A DNA stretch of 64,000 nucleotides, from positions 22,134,001 through 22,198,000 of the forward strand of contig OZ059897.1 of assembly GCA_964057225.1 (NCBI GenBank), written 5' to 3'. Each line of letters begins with the position of its first letter. Positions within the stretch are counted from its first letter, which is position 1. The translations under genes were made by a program, and so were the position numbers. The notes beneath the pieces are model-generated. The model ran no database searches, was not told where the DNA came from, and saw nothing but the letters and a program-made list of their open reading frames with translations. The DNA comes from Auanema rhodensis (taxonomy: Eukaryota; Animalia; Nematoda). This document shows positions 41,451 to 56,400 of this stretch, piece by piece.

Positions 41451-44400
41451 AGAGATGCGGTTTTCAAAATTAGATTCCCCATGTCCATATTAGTCTAAAA
41501 ACAAATTTTTATTGATATTGGTTCATGGTAACCATGACTTTGAAATTTACGTGAACTTTAATTTATGCTAATTAAATGTACACGTGATGTGCACTTGGTA
41601 TGTAACTCGCTTCACGTGAAAGATAAAGAGATGCGGTTTTCAAAATTAGATTCCCCATGTCCATATTAGTCTAAAAACAAATTTTTATTGATATTGGTTC
41701 ATGGTAACCATGACTTTGAAATTTACGTGAACTTTAATTTATGCTAATTAAATGTACACGTGATGTGCACTTGGTATGTAACTCGCTTCACGTGAAAGAT
41801 AAAGAGATGCGGTTTTCAAAATTAGATTCCCCATGTCCATATTAGTCTAAAAACAAATTTTTATTGATATTGGTGCATGGTAACCATGACTTTGAAATTT
41901 ACGTGAACTTTAATTTATGCTAATTAAATGTACACGTGATGTGCACTTGGTATGTAACTCGCTTCACGTGAAAGATAAAAAGATGCGGTTTTCAAAATTA
42001 GATTCCCCATGTCCATATTAGTCTAAAAACAAATTTTTATTGATATTGGTTCATGGTAACCATGACTTTGAAATTTACGTGAACTTTAATTTATGCTAAT
42101 TAAATGTACACGTGATGTGCACTTGGTATGTAACTCGCTTCACGTGAAAGATAAAGAGATGCGGTTTTCAAAATTAGATTCCCCATGTCCATATTAGTCT
42201 AAAAACAAATTTTTATTGATATTGGTTCATGGTAACCATGACTTTGAAATTTACGTGAACTTTAATTTATGCTAATTAAATGTACACGTGATGTGCACTT
42301 GGTATGTAACTCGCTTCACGTGAAAGATAAAGAGATGCGGTTTTCAAAATTAGATTCCCCATGTCCATATTAGTCTAAAAACAAATTTTTATTGATATTG
42401 GTGCATGGTAACCATGACTTTGAAATTTACGTGAACTTTAATTTATGCTAATTAAATGTACACGTGATGTGCACTTGGTATGTAACTCGCTTCACGTGAA
42501 AGATAAAGAGATGAGGTTTTCAAAATTAGATTCCCCATGTCCATATTAGTCTAAAAACAAATTTTTATTGATATTGGTGCATGGTAACCATGACTTTGAA
42601 ATTTACGTGAACTTTAATTTATGCTAATTAAATGTACACGTGATGTGCACTTGGTATGTAACTCGCTTCACGTGAAAGATAAAGAGATGCGGTTTTCAAA
42701 ATTAGATTCCCCATGTCCATATTAGTCTAAAAACAAATTTTTATTGATATTGGTGCATGGTAACCATGACTTTGAAATTTACGTGAACTTTAATTTATGC
42801 TAATTAAATGTACACGTGATGTGCACTTGGTATGTAACTCGCTTCACGTGAAAGATAAAGAGATGCGGTTTTCAAAATTAGATTCCCCATGTCCATATTA
42901 GTCTAAAAACAAATTTTTATTGATATTGGTTCATGGTAACCATGACTTTGAAATTTACGTGAACTTTAATTTATGCTAATTAAATGTATACGTGATGTGC
43001 ACTTGGTATGTAACTCGCTTCACGTGAAAGATAAAGAGATGCGGTTTTCAAAATTAGATTCCCCATGTCCATATTAGTCTAAAAACAAATTTTTATTGAT
43101 ATTGGTTCATGGTAACCATGACTTTGAAATTTACGTGAACTTTAATTTATGCTAATTAAATGTATACGTGATGTGCACTTGGTATGTAACTCGCTTCACG
43201 TGAAAGATAAAGAGATGCGGTTTTCAAAATTAGATTCCCCATGTCCATATTAGTCTAAAAACAAATTTTTATTGATATTGGTGCATGGTAACCATGACTT
43301 TGAAATTTACGTGAACTTTAATTTATGCTAATTAAATGTACACGTGATGTGCACTTGGTATGTAACTCGCTTCACGTGAAAGATAAAGAGATGCGGTTTT
43401 CAAAATTAGATTCCCCATGTCCATATTAGTCTAAAAACAAATTTTTATTGATATTGGTGCATGGTAACCATGACTTTGAAATTTACGTGAACTTTAATTT
43501 ATGCTAATTAAATGTACACGTGATGTGCACTTGGTATGTAACTCGCTTCACGTGAAAGATGAAGAGATGCGGTTTTCAAAATTAGATTCCCCATGTCCAT
43601 ATTAGTCTAAAAACAAATTTTTATTGATATTGGTTCATGGTAACCATGACTTTGAAATTTACGTGAACTTTAATTTATGCTAATTAAATGTACACGTGAT
43701 GTGCACTTGGTATGTAACTCGCTTCACGTGAAAGATAAAGAGATGCGGTTTTCAAAATTAGATTCCCCATGTCCATATTAGTCTAAAAACAAATTTTTAT
43801 TGATATTGGTTCATGGTAACCATGACTTTGAAATTTACGTGAACTTTAATTTATGCTAATTAAATGTACACGTGATGTGCACTTGGTATGTAACTCGCTT
43901 CACGTGAAAGATAAAGAGATGCGGTTTTCAAAATTAGATTCCCCATGTCCATATTAGTCTAAAAACAAATTTTTATTGATATTGGTTCATGGTAACCATG
44001 ACTTTGAAATTTACGTGAACTTTAATTTATGCTAATTAAATGTACACGTGATGTGCACTTGGTATGTAACTCGCTTCACGTGAAAGATAAAGAGATGCGG
44101 TTTTCAAAATTAGATTCCCCATGTCCATATTAGTCTAAAAACAAATTTTTATTGATATTGGTGCATGGTAACCATGACTTTGAAATTTACGTCAACTTTA
44201 ATTTATGCTAATTAAATGTACACGTGATGTGCACTTGGTATGTAACTCGCTTCACGTGAAAGATGAAGAGATGCGGTTTTCAAAATTAGATTCCCCATGT
44301 CCATATTAGTCTAAAAACAAATTTTTATTGATGTTGGTGCATGGTAACCATGACTTTGAAATTTACGTGAACTTTAATTTATGCTAATTAAATGTACACG

Positions 44401-47400
44401 TGATGTGCACTTGGTATGTAACTCGCTTCACGTGAAAGATAAAGAGATGCGGTTTTCAAAATTTGATTCCCCATGTCCATATTAGTCTAAAAACAGATTT
44501 TTATTGATATTGGTGCATGGTAACCATGACTTTGAAATTTACGTGAACTTTAATTTATGCTAATTAAATGTACACGTGATGTGCACTTGGTATGTAACTC
44601 GCTTCACGTGAAAGATAAAGAGATGCGGTTTTCAAAATTAGATTCCCCATGTCCATATTAGTCTAAAAACAAATTTTTATTGATATTGGTTCATGGTAAC
44701 CATGACTTTGAAATTTACGTGAACTTTAATTTATGCTAATTAAATGTATACGTGATGTGCACTTGGTATGTAACTCGCTTCACGTGAAAGATAAAGAGAT
44801 GCGGTTTTCAAAATTAGATTCCCCATGTCCATATTAGTCTAAAAACAAATTTTTATTGATATTGGTTCATGGTAACCATGACTTTGAAATTTACGTGAAC
44901 TTTAATTTATGCTAATTAAATGTATACGTGATGTGCACTTGGTATGTAACTCGCTTCACGTGAAAGATAAAGAGATGCGGTTTTCAAAATTAGATTCCCC
45001 ATGTCCATATTAGTCTAAAAACAAATTTTTATTGATATTGGTGCATGGTAACCATGACTTTGAAATTTACGTGAACTTTAATTTATGCTAATTAAATGTA
45101 CACGTGATGTGCACTTGGTATGTAACTCGCTTCACGTGAAAGATAAAGAGATGCGGTTTTCAAAATTAGATTCCCCATGTCCATATTAGTCTAAAAACAA
45201 ATTTTTATTGATATTGGTTCATGGTAACCATGACTTTGAAATTTACGTGAACTTTAATTTATGCTAATTAAATGTATACGTGATGTGCACTTGGTATGTA
45301 ACTCGCTTCACGTGAAAGATAAAGAGATGCGGTTTTCAAAATTAGATTCCCCATGTCCATATTAGTCTACAAACAAATTTTTATTGATATTGGTTCATGG
45401 TAACCATGACTTTGAAATTTACGTGAACTTTAATTTATGCTAATTAAATGTACACGTGATGTGCACTTGGTATGTAACTCGCTTCACGTGAAAGATAAAG
45501 AGATGCGGTTTTCAAAATTAGATTTCCCATGTCCATATTAGTCTAAAAACAAATTTTTATTGATATTGGTGCATGGTAACCATGACTTTGAAATTTACGT
45601 GAACTTTAATTTATGCTAATTAAATGTACACGTGATGTGCACTTGGTATGTAACTCGCTTCACGTGAAAGATAAAGAGATGCGGTTTTCAAAATTAGATT
45701 CCCCATGTCCATATTAGTCTAAAAACAAAATTTATTGATATTGGTGCATGGTAACCATGACTTTGAAATTTACGTGAACTTTAATTTATGCTAATTAAAT
45801 GTACACGTGATGTGCACTTGGTATGTAACTCGCTTCACGTGAAAGATAAAGAGATGCGGTTTTCAAAATTAGATTCCCCATGTCCATATTAGTCTAAAAA
45901 CAAATTTTTATTGATATTGGTTCATGGTAACCATGACTTTGAATTTTACGTGAACTTTAATTTATGCTAATTAAATGTACACGTGATGTGCACTTGGTAT
46001 GTAACTCGCTTCACGTGAAAGATAAAGAAATGCGGTTTTCAAAATTAGATTCCCCATGTCCATATTAGTCTAAAAACAAATTTTCATTGATATTGGTTCA
46101 TGGTAACCATGACTTTGAAATTTACGTGAACTTTAATTTATGCTAATTAAATGTACACGTGATGTGCACTTGGTATGTAACTCGCTTCACGTGAAAGATA
46201 AAGAGATGCGGTTTTCAAAATTAGATTCCCCATGTCCATATTAGTCTAAAAACAAATTTGTATTGATATTGCTTCATGGTAACCATGACTTTGAAATTTA
46301 CGTGAACTTTAATTTATGCTAATTAAATGTACACGTGATGTGCACTTGGTATGTAACTCGCTTCACGTGAAAGATAAAGAGATGCGGTTTTCAAAATTAG
46401 ATTCCCCATGTCCATATTAGTCTAAAAACAAATTTTTATTGATATTGGTGCATGGTAACCATGACTTTGAAATTTACGTGAACTTTAATTTATGCTAATT
46501 AAATGTACACGTGATGTGCACTTGGTATGTAACTCGCTTCACGTGAAAGATAAAGAGATGCGGTTTTCAAAATTAGATTCCCCATGTCCATATTAGTCTA
46601 AAAACAAATTTTTATTGATATTGGTTCATGGTAACCATGACTTTGAAATTTACGTGAACTTTAATTTATGCTAATTAAATGTACACGTGATGTGCACTTG
46701 GTATGTAACTCGCTTCACGTGAAAGATAAAGAGATGCGGTTTTCAAAATTAGATTCCCCATGTCCATATTAGTCTAAAAACAAATTTTTATTGATATTGC
46801 TTCATGGTAACCATGACTTTGAAATTTACGTGAACTTTAATTTATGCTAATTAAATGTACACGTGATGTGCACTTGGTATGTAACTCGCTTCACGTGAAA
46901 GATAAAGAGATGCGGTTTTCAAAATTAGATTCCCCATGTCCATATTAGTCTAAAAACAAATTTTTATTGATATTGGTGCATGGTAACCATGACTTTGAAA
47001 TTTACGTGAACTTTAATTTATGCTAATTAAATGTACACGTGATGTGCACTTGGTATGTAACTCGCTTCACGTGAAAGATAAAGAGATGCGGTTTTCAAAA
47101 TTAGATTCCCCATGTCCATATTAGTCTAAAAACAAATTTTTATTGATATTGGTGCATGGTAACCATGACTTTGAAATTTACGTGAACTTTAATTTATGCT
47201 AATTAAATGTACACGTGATGTGCACTTGGTATGTAACTCGCTTCACGTGAAAGATAAAGAGATGCGGTTTTCAAAATTAGATTCCCCATGTCCATATTAG
47301 TCTAAAAACAAATTTTTATTGATATTGGTGCATGGTAACCATGACTTTGAAATTTACGTGAACTTTAATTTATGCTAATTAAATGTACACGTGATGTGCA

Positions 47401-50400
47401 CTTGGTATGTAACTCGCTTCACGTGAAAGATGAAGAGATGCGGTTTTCAAAATTAGATTCCCCATGTCCATATTAGTCTAAAAACAAATTTTTATTGATA
47501 TTGGTTCATGGTAACCATGACTTTGAAATTTACGTGAACTTTAATTTATGCTAATTAAATGTACACGTGATGTGCACTTGGTATGTAACTCGCTTCACGT
47601 GAAAGATAAAGAGATGCGGTTTCCAAAATTAGATTCCCCATGTCCATATTAGTCTAAAAACAAATTTTTATTGATATTGGTTCATGGTAACCATGACTTT
47701 GAAATTTACGTGAACTTTAATTTATGCTAATTAAATGTACACGTGATGTGCACTTGGTATGTAACTCGCTTCACGTGAAAGATAAAGAGATGCGGTTTTC
47801 AAAATTAGATTCCCCATGTCCATATTAGTCTAAAAACAAATTTTTATTGATATTGGTTCATGGTAACCATGACTTTGAAATTTACGTGAACTTTAATTTA
47901 TGCTAATTAAATGTACACGTGATGTGCACTTGGTATGTAACTCGCTTCACGTGAAAGATAAAGAGATGCGGTTTTCAAAATTAGATTCCCCATGTCCATA
48001 TTAGTCTAAAAACAAATTTTTATTGATATTGGTGCATGGTAACCATGACTTTGAAATTTACGTGAACTTTAATTTATGCTAATTAAATGTACACGTGATG
48101 TGCACTTGGTATGTAACTCGCTTCACGTGAAAGATAAAGAGATGCGGTTTTCAAAATTAGATTCCCCATGTCCATATTAGTCTAAAAACAAATTTTTATT
48201 GATATTGGTGCATGGTAACCATGACTTTGAAATTTACGTGAACTTTAATTTATGCTAATTAAATGTACACGTGATGTGCACTTGGTATGTAACTCGCTTC
48301 ACGTGAAAGATAAAGAGATGCGGTTTTCAAAATTAGATTCCCCATGTCCATATTAGTCTAAAAACAAATTTTTATTGATATTGGTGCATGGTAACCATGA
48401 CTTTGAAATTTACGTGAACTTTAATTTATGCTAATTAAATGTACACGTGATGTGCACTTGGTATGTAACTCGCTTCACGTGAAAGATAAAGAGATGCGGT
48501 TTTCAAAATTAGATTCCCCATGTCCATATTAGTCTAAAAACAAATTTTTATTGATATTGGTGCATGGTAACCATGACTTTGAAATTTACGTGAACTTTAA
48601 TTTATGCTAATTAAATGTACACGTGATGTGCACTTGGTATGTAACTCGCTTCACGTGAAAGATAAAGAGATGCGGTTTTCAAAATTAGATTCCCCATGTC
48701 CATATTAGTCTAAAAACAAATTTTTATTGATATTGGTGCATGGTAACCATGACTTTGAAATTTACGTGAACTTTAATTTATGCTAATTAAATGTACACGT
48801 GATGTGCACTTGGTATGTAACTCGCTTCACGTGAAAGATAAAGAGATGCGGTTTTCAAAATTAGATTCCCCATGTCCATATTAGTCTAAAAACAAATTTT
48901 TATTGATATTGGTTCATGGTAACCATGACTTTGAAATTTACGTGAACTTTAATTTATGCTAATTAAATGTACACGTGATGTGCACTTGGTATGTAACTCG
49001 CTTCACGTGAAAGATAAAGAGATGCGGTTTTCAAAATTAGATTCCCCATGTCCATATTAGTCTAAAAACAAATTTTTATTGATATTGGTTCATGGTAACC
49101 ATGACTTTGAAATTTACGTGAACTTTAATTTATGCTAATTAAATGTACACGTGATGTGCACTTGGTATGTAACTCGCTTCACGTGAAAGATAAAGAGATG
49201 CGGTTTTCAAAATTAGATTCCCCATGTCCATATTAGTCTAAAAACAAATTTTTATTGATATTGGTGCATGGTAACCATGACTTTGAAATTTACGTGAACT
49301 TTAATTTATGCTAATTAAATGTACACGTGATGTGCACTTGGTATGTAACTCGCTTCACGTGAAAGATAAAGAGATGCGGTTTTCAAAATTAGATTCCCCA
49401 TGTCCATATTAGTCTAAAAACAAATTTTTATTGATATTGGTGCATGGTAACCATGACTTTGAAATTTACGTGAACTTTAATTTATGCTAATTAAATGTAC
49501 ACGTGATGTGCACTTGGTATGTAACTCGCTTCACGTGAAAGATAAAGAGATGCGGTTTTCAAAATTAGATTCCCCATGTCCATATTAGTCTAAAAACAAA
49601 TTTTTATTGATATTGGTTCATGGTAACCATGACTTTGAAATTTACGTGAACTTTAATTTATGCTAATTAAATGTACACGTGATGTGCACTTGGTATGTAA
49701 CTCGCTTCACGTGAAAGATAAAGAGATGCGGTTTTCAAAATTAGATTCCCCATGTCCATATTAGTCTAAAAACAAATTTTTATTGATATTGGTGCATGGT
49801 AACCATGACTTTGAAATTTACGTCAACTTTAATTTATGCTAATTAAATGTACACGTGATGTGCACTTGGTATGTAACTCGCTTCACGTGAAAGATGAAGA
49901 GATGCGGTTTCCAAAATTAGATTCCCCATGTCCATATTAGTCTAAAAACAAATTTTTATTGATATTGGTGCATGGTAACCATGACTTTGAAATTTACGTG
50001 AACTTTAATTTATGCTAATTAAATCTACACGTGATGTGCACTTGGTATGTAACTCGCTTCACGTGAAAGATAAAGAGATGCGGTTTTCAAAATTAGATTC
50101 CCCATGTCCATATTAGTCTAAAAACAAATTTTTATTGATATTGGTGCATGGTAACCATGACTTTGAAATTTACGTGAACTTTAATTTATGCTAATTAAAT
50201 GTACACGTGATGTGCACTTGGTATGTAACTCGCTTCACGTGAAAGATAAAGAGATGCGGTTTTCAAAATTAGATTCCCCATGTCCATATTAGTCTAAAAA
50301 CAAATTTTTATTGATATTGGTTCATGGTAACCATGATTTTGAAATTTACGTGAACTTTAATTTATGCTAATTAAATGTACACGTGATGTGCACTTGGTAT

Positions 50401-53400
50401 GTAACTCGCTTCACGTGAAAGATAAAGAGATGCGGTTTTCAAAATTAGATTCCCCATGTCCATATTAGTCTAAAAACAAATTTTTATTGATATTGGTGCA
50501 TGGTAACCATGACTTTGAAATTTACGTCAACTTTAATTTATGCTAATTAAATGTACACGTGATGTGCACTTGGTATGTAACTCGCTTCACGTGAAAGATG
50601 AAGAGATGCGGTTTTCAAAATTAGATTCCCCATGTCCATATTAGTCTAAAAACAAATTTTTATTGATGTTGGTGCATGGTAACCATGACTTTGAAATTTA
50701 CGTGAACTTTAATTTATGCTAATTAAATGTACACGTGATGTGCACTTGGTATGTAACTCGCTTCACGTGAAAGATAAAGAGATGCGGTTTTCAAAATTAG
50801 ATTCCCCATGTCCATATTAGTCTAAAAACAAATTTTTATTGATATTGGTGCATGGTAACCATGACTTTGAAATTTACGTGAACTTTAATTTATGCTAATT
50901 AAATGTACACGTGATGTGCACTTGGTATGTAACTCGCTTCACGTGAAAGATAAAGAGATGCGGTTTTCAAAATTAGATTCCCCATGTCCATATTAGTCTA
51001 AAAACAAATTTTTATTGATATTGGTTCATGGTAACCATGACTTTGAAATTTACGTGAACTTTAATTTATGCTAATTAAATGTACACGTGATGTGCACTTG
51101 GTATGTAACTCGCTTCACGTGAAAGATAAAGAGATGCGGTTTTCAAAATTAGATTCCCCATGTCCATATTAGTCTAAAAACAAATTTTTATTGATATTGG
51201 TTCATGGTAACCATGACTTTGAATTTTACGTGAACTTTAATTTATGCTAATTAAATGTACACGTGATGTGCACTTGGTATGTAACTCGCTTCACGTGAAA
51301 GATAAAGAAATGCGGTTTTCAAAATTAGATTCCCCATGTCCATATTAGTCTAAAAACAAATTTTCATTGATATTGGTTCATGGTAACCATGACTTTGAAA
51401 TTTACGTGAACTTTAATTTATGCTAATTAAATGTACACGTGATGTGCACTTGGTATGTAACTCGCTTCACGTGAAAGATAAAGAGATGCGGTTTTCAAAA
51501 TTAGATTCCCCATGTCCATATTAGTCTAAAAACAAATTTTTATTGATATTGCTTCATGGTAACCATGACTTTGAAATTTACGTGAACTTTAATTTATGCT
51601 AATTAAATGTACACGTGATGTGCACTTGGTATGTAACTCGCTTCACGTGAAAGATAAAGAGATGCGGTTTTCAAAATTAGATTCCCCATGTCCATATTAG
51701 TCTAAAAACAAATTTTTATTGATATTGGTGCATGGTAACCATGACTTTGAAATTTACGTGAACTTTAATTTATGCTAATTAAATGTACACGTGATGTGCA
51801 CTTGGTATGTAACTCGCTTCACGTGAAAGATAAAGAGATGCGGTTTTCAAAATTAGATTCCCCATGTCCATATTAGTCTAAAAACAAATTTTTATTGATA
51901 TTGGTGCATGGTAACCATGACTTTGAAATTTACGTGAACTTTAATTTATGCTAATTAAATGTACACGTGATGTGCACTTGGTATGTAACTCGCTTCACGT
52001 GAAAGATAAAGAGATGCGGTTTTCAAAATTAGATTCCCCATGTCCATATTAGTCTAAAAACAAATTTTTATTGATATTGGTGCATGGTAACCATGACTTT
52101 GAAATTTACGTGAACTTTAATTTATGCTAATTAAATGTACACGTGATGTGCACTTGGTATGTAACTCGCTTCACGTGAAAGATGAAGAGATGCGGTTTGC
52201 AAAATTAGATTCCCCATGTCCATATTAGTCTAAAAACAAATTTTTATTGATATTGGTGCATGGTAACCATGACTTTGAAATTTACGTGAACTTTAATTTA
52301 TGCTAATTAAATGTACACGTGATGTGCACTTGGTATGTAACTCGCTTCACGTGAAAGATAAAGAGATGCGGTTTTCAAAATTAGATTCCCCATGTCCATA
52401 TTAGTCTAAAAACAAATTTTTATTGATATTGCTTCATGGTAACCATGACTTTGAAATTTACGTGAACTTTAATTTATGCTAATTAAATGTACACGTGATG
52501 TGCACTTGGTATGTAACTCGCTTCACGTGAAAGATAAAGAGATGCGGTTTTCAAAATTAGATTCCCCATGTCCATATTAGTCTAAAAACAAATTTTTATT
52601 GATATTGGTGCATGGTAACCATGACTTTGAAATTTACGTGAACTTTAATTTATGCTAATTAAATGTACACGTGATGTGCACTTGGTATGTAACTCGCTTC
52701 ACGTGAAAGATAAAGAGATGCGGTTTTCAAAATTAGATTCCCCATGTCCATATTAGTCTAAAAACAAATTTTTATTGATATTGGTGCATGGTAACCATGA
52801 CTTTGAAATTTACGTGAACTTTAATTTATGCTAATTAAATGTACACGTGATGTGCACTTGGTATGTAACTCGCTTCACGTGAAAGATAAAGAGATGCGGT
52901 TTTCAAAATTAGATTCCCCATGTCCATATTAGTCTAAAAACAAATTTTTATTGATATTGGTGCATGGTAACCATGACTTTGAAATTTACGTGAACTTTAA
53001 TTTATGCTAATTAAATGTACACGTGATGTGCACTTGGTATGTAACTCGCTTCACGTGAAAGATAAAGAGATGCGGTTTTCAAAATTAGATTCCCCATGTC
53101 CATATTAGTCTAAAAACAAATTTTTATTGATATTGGTGCATGGTAACCATGACTTTGAAATTTACGTGAACTTTAATTTATGCTAATTAAATGTACACGT
53201 GATGTGCACTTGGTATGTAACTCGCTTCACGTGAAAGATGAAGAGATGCGGTTTGCAAAATTAGATTCCCCATGTCCATATTAGTCTAAAAACAAATTTT
53301 TATTGACATTGGTTCATGGTAACCATGACTTTGAAATTTACGTGAACTTTAATTTATGCTAATTAAATGTACACGTGATGTGCACTTGGTATGTAACTCG

Positions 53401-56400
53401 CTTCACGTGAAAGACAAAGAGATGCGGTTTTCAAAATTAGATTCCCCATGTCCATATTAGTCTAAAAACAAATTTTTATTGATATTGGTGCATGGTAACC
53501 ATGACTTTGAAATTTACGTGAACTTTAATTTATGCTAATTAAATGTACACGTGATGTGCACTTGGTATGTAACTCGCTTCACGTGAAAGATGAAGAGATG
53601 CGGTTTGCAAAATTAGATTCCCCATGTCCATATTAGTCTAAAAACAAATTTTTATTGACATTGGTGCATGGTAACCATGACTTTGAAATTTACGTGAACT
53701 TTAATTTATGCTAATTAAATGTACACGTGATGTGCACTTGGTATGTAACTCGCTTCACGTGAAAGACAAAGAGATGCGGTTTTCAAAATTAGATTCCCCA
53801 TGTCCATATTAGTCTAAAAACAAATTTTTATTGATATTGGTGCATGGTAACCATGACTTTGAAATTTACGTGAACTTTAATTTATGCTAATTAAATGTAC
53901 ACGTGATGTGCACTTGGTATGTAACTCGCTTCACGTGAAAGATAAAGAGATGCGGTTTTCAAAATTAGATTCCCCATGTCCATATTAGTCTAAAAACAAA
54001 TTTTTATTGATATTGGTTCATGGTAACCATGACTTTGAAATTTACGTGAACTTTAATTTATGCTAATTAAATGTACACGTGATGTGCACTTGGTATGTAA
54101 CTCGCTTCACGTGAAAGATAAAGAGATGCGGTTTTCAAAATTAGATTCCCCATGTCCATATTAGTCTAAAAACAAATTTTTATTGACATTGGTGCATGGT
54201 AACCATGACTTTGAAATTTACGTGAACTTTAATTTATGCTAATTAAATGTACACGTGATGTGCACTTGGTATGTAACTCGCTTCACGTGAAAGATAAAGA
54301 GATGCGGTTTTCAAAATTAGATTCCCCATGTCCATATTAGTCTAAAAACAAATTTTTATTGATATTGGTGCATGGTAACCATGACTTTGAAATTTACGTG
54401 AACTTTAATTTATGCTAATTAAATGTACACGTGATGTGCACTTGGTATGTAACTCGCTTCACGTGAAAGATGAAGAGATGCGGTTTTCAAAATTAGATTC
54501 CCCATGTCCATATTAGTCTCAAAACAAATTTTTATTGATATTGGTGCATGGTAACCATGACTTTGAAATTTACGTGAACTTTAATTTATGCTAATTAAAT
54601 GTACACGTGATGTGCACTTGGTATGTAACTCGCTTCACGTGAAAGATAAGGAGATGCGGTTTTCAAAATTAGATTCCCCATGTCCATATTAGTCTAAAAA
54701 CAAATTTTTATTGATATTGGTGCATGGTAACCATGACTTTGAAATTTACGTGAACTTTAATTTATGCTAATTAAATGTACACGTGATGTGCACTTGGTAT
54801 GTAACTCGGTTCACGTGAAAGATGAAGAGATGCGGTTTTCAAAATTAGATTCCCCATGTCCATATTAGTCTCAAAACAAATTTTTATTGATATTGGTGCA
54901 TGGTAACCATGACTTTGAAATTTACGTGAACTTTAATTTATGCTAATTAAATGTACACGTGATGTGCACTTGGTATGTAACTCGCTTCACGTGAAAGATA
55001 AGGAGATGCGGTTTTCAAAATTAGATTCCCCATGTCCATATTAGTCTAAAAACAAATTTTTATTGATATTGGTGCATGGTAACCATGACTTTGAAATTTA
55101 CGTGAACTTTAATTTATGCTAATTAAATGTACACGTGATGGGCACTTGGTATGTAACTCGCTTCACGTGAAAGATAAAGAGATGCGGTTTTCAAAATTAG
55201 ATTCCCCATGTCCATATTAGTCTAAAAACAAATTTTTATTGATATTGGTTCATGGTAACCATGACTTTGAAATTTACGTGAACTTTAATTTATGCTAATT
55301 AAATGTACACGTGATGTGCACTTGGTATGTAACTCGCTTCACGTGAAAGATAAAGAGATGCGGTTTTCAAAATTAGATTCCCCATGTCCATATTAGTCTA
55401 AAAACAAATTTTTATTGATATTGGTGCATGGTAACCATGACTTTGAAATTTACGTGAACTTTAATTTATGCTAATTAAATGTACACGTGATGTGCACTTG
55501 GTATGTAACTCGGTTCACGTGAAAGATAAAGAGATGCGGTTTTCAAAATTAGATTCCCCATGTCCATATTAGTCTAAAAACAAATTTTTATTGATATTGG
55601 TGCATGGTAACCATGACTTTGAAATTTACGTGAACTTTAATTTATGCTAATTAAATGTACACGTGATGTGCACTTGGTATGTAACTCGCTTCACGTGAAA
55701 GATAAAGAGATGCGGTTTTCAAAATTAGATTCCCCATGTCCATATTAGTCTAAAAACAAATTTTTATTGATTTTGGTTCATGGTAACCATGACTTTGAAA
55801 TTTACGTGAACTTTAATTTATGCTAATTAAATGTACACGTGATGTGCACTTGGTATGTAACTCGCTTCACGTGAAAGATAAAGAGATGCGGTTTTCAAAA
55901 TTAGATTCCCCATGTCCATATTAGTCTAAAAACAAATTTTTATTGATATTGGTTCATGGTAACCATGACTTTGAAATTTACGTGAACTTTAATTTATGCT
56001 AATTAAATGTACACGTGATGTGCACTTGGTATGTAACTCGCTTCACGTGAAAGATAAAGAGATGCGGTTTTCAAAATTAGATTCCCCATGTCCATATTAG
56101 TCTAAAAACAAATTTTTATTGATATTGGTGCATGGTAACCATGACTTTGAAATTTACGTGAACTTTAATTTATGCTAATTAAATGTACACGTGATGTGCA
56201 CTTGGTATGTAACTCGCTTCACGTGAAAGATAAAGAGATGCGGTTTTCAAAATTAAATTTCCCATGTCCATATTAGTCTAAAAACTAATTTTTATTGATA
56301 TTGGTGCATGGTAACCATGACTTTGAAATTTACGTGAACTTTAATTTATGCTAATTGAATGTACACGTGATGTGCACTTGGTATGTAACTCGCTTCACGT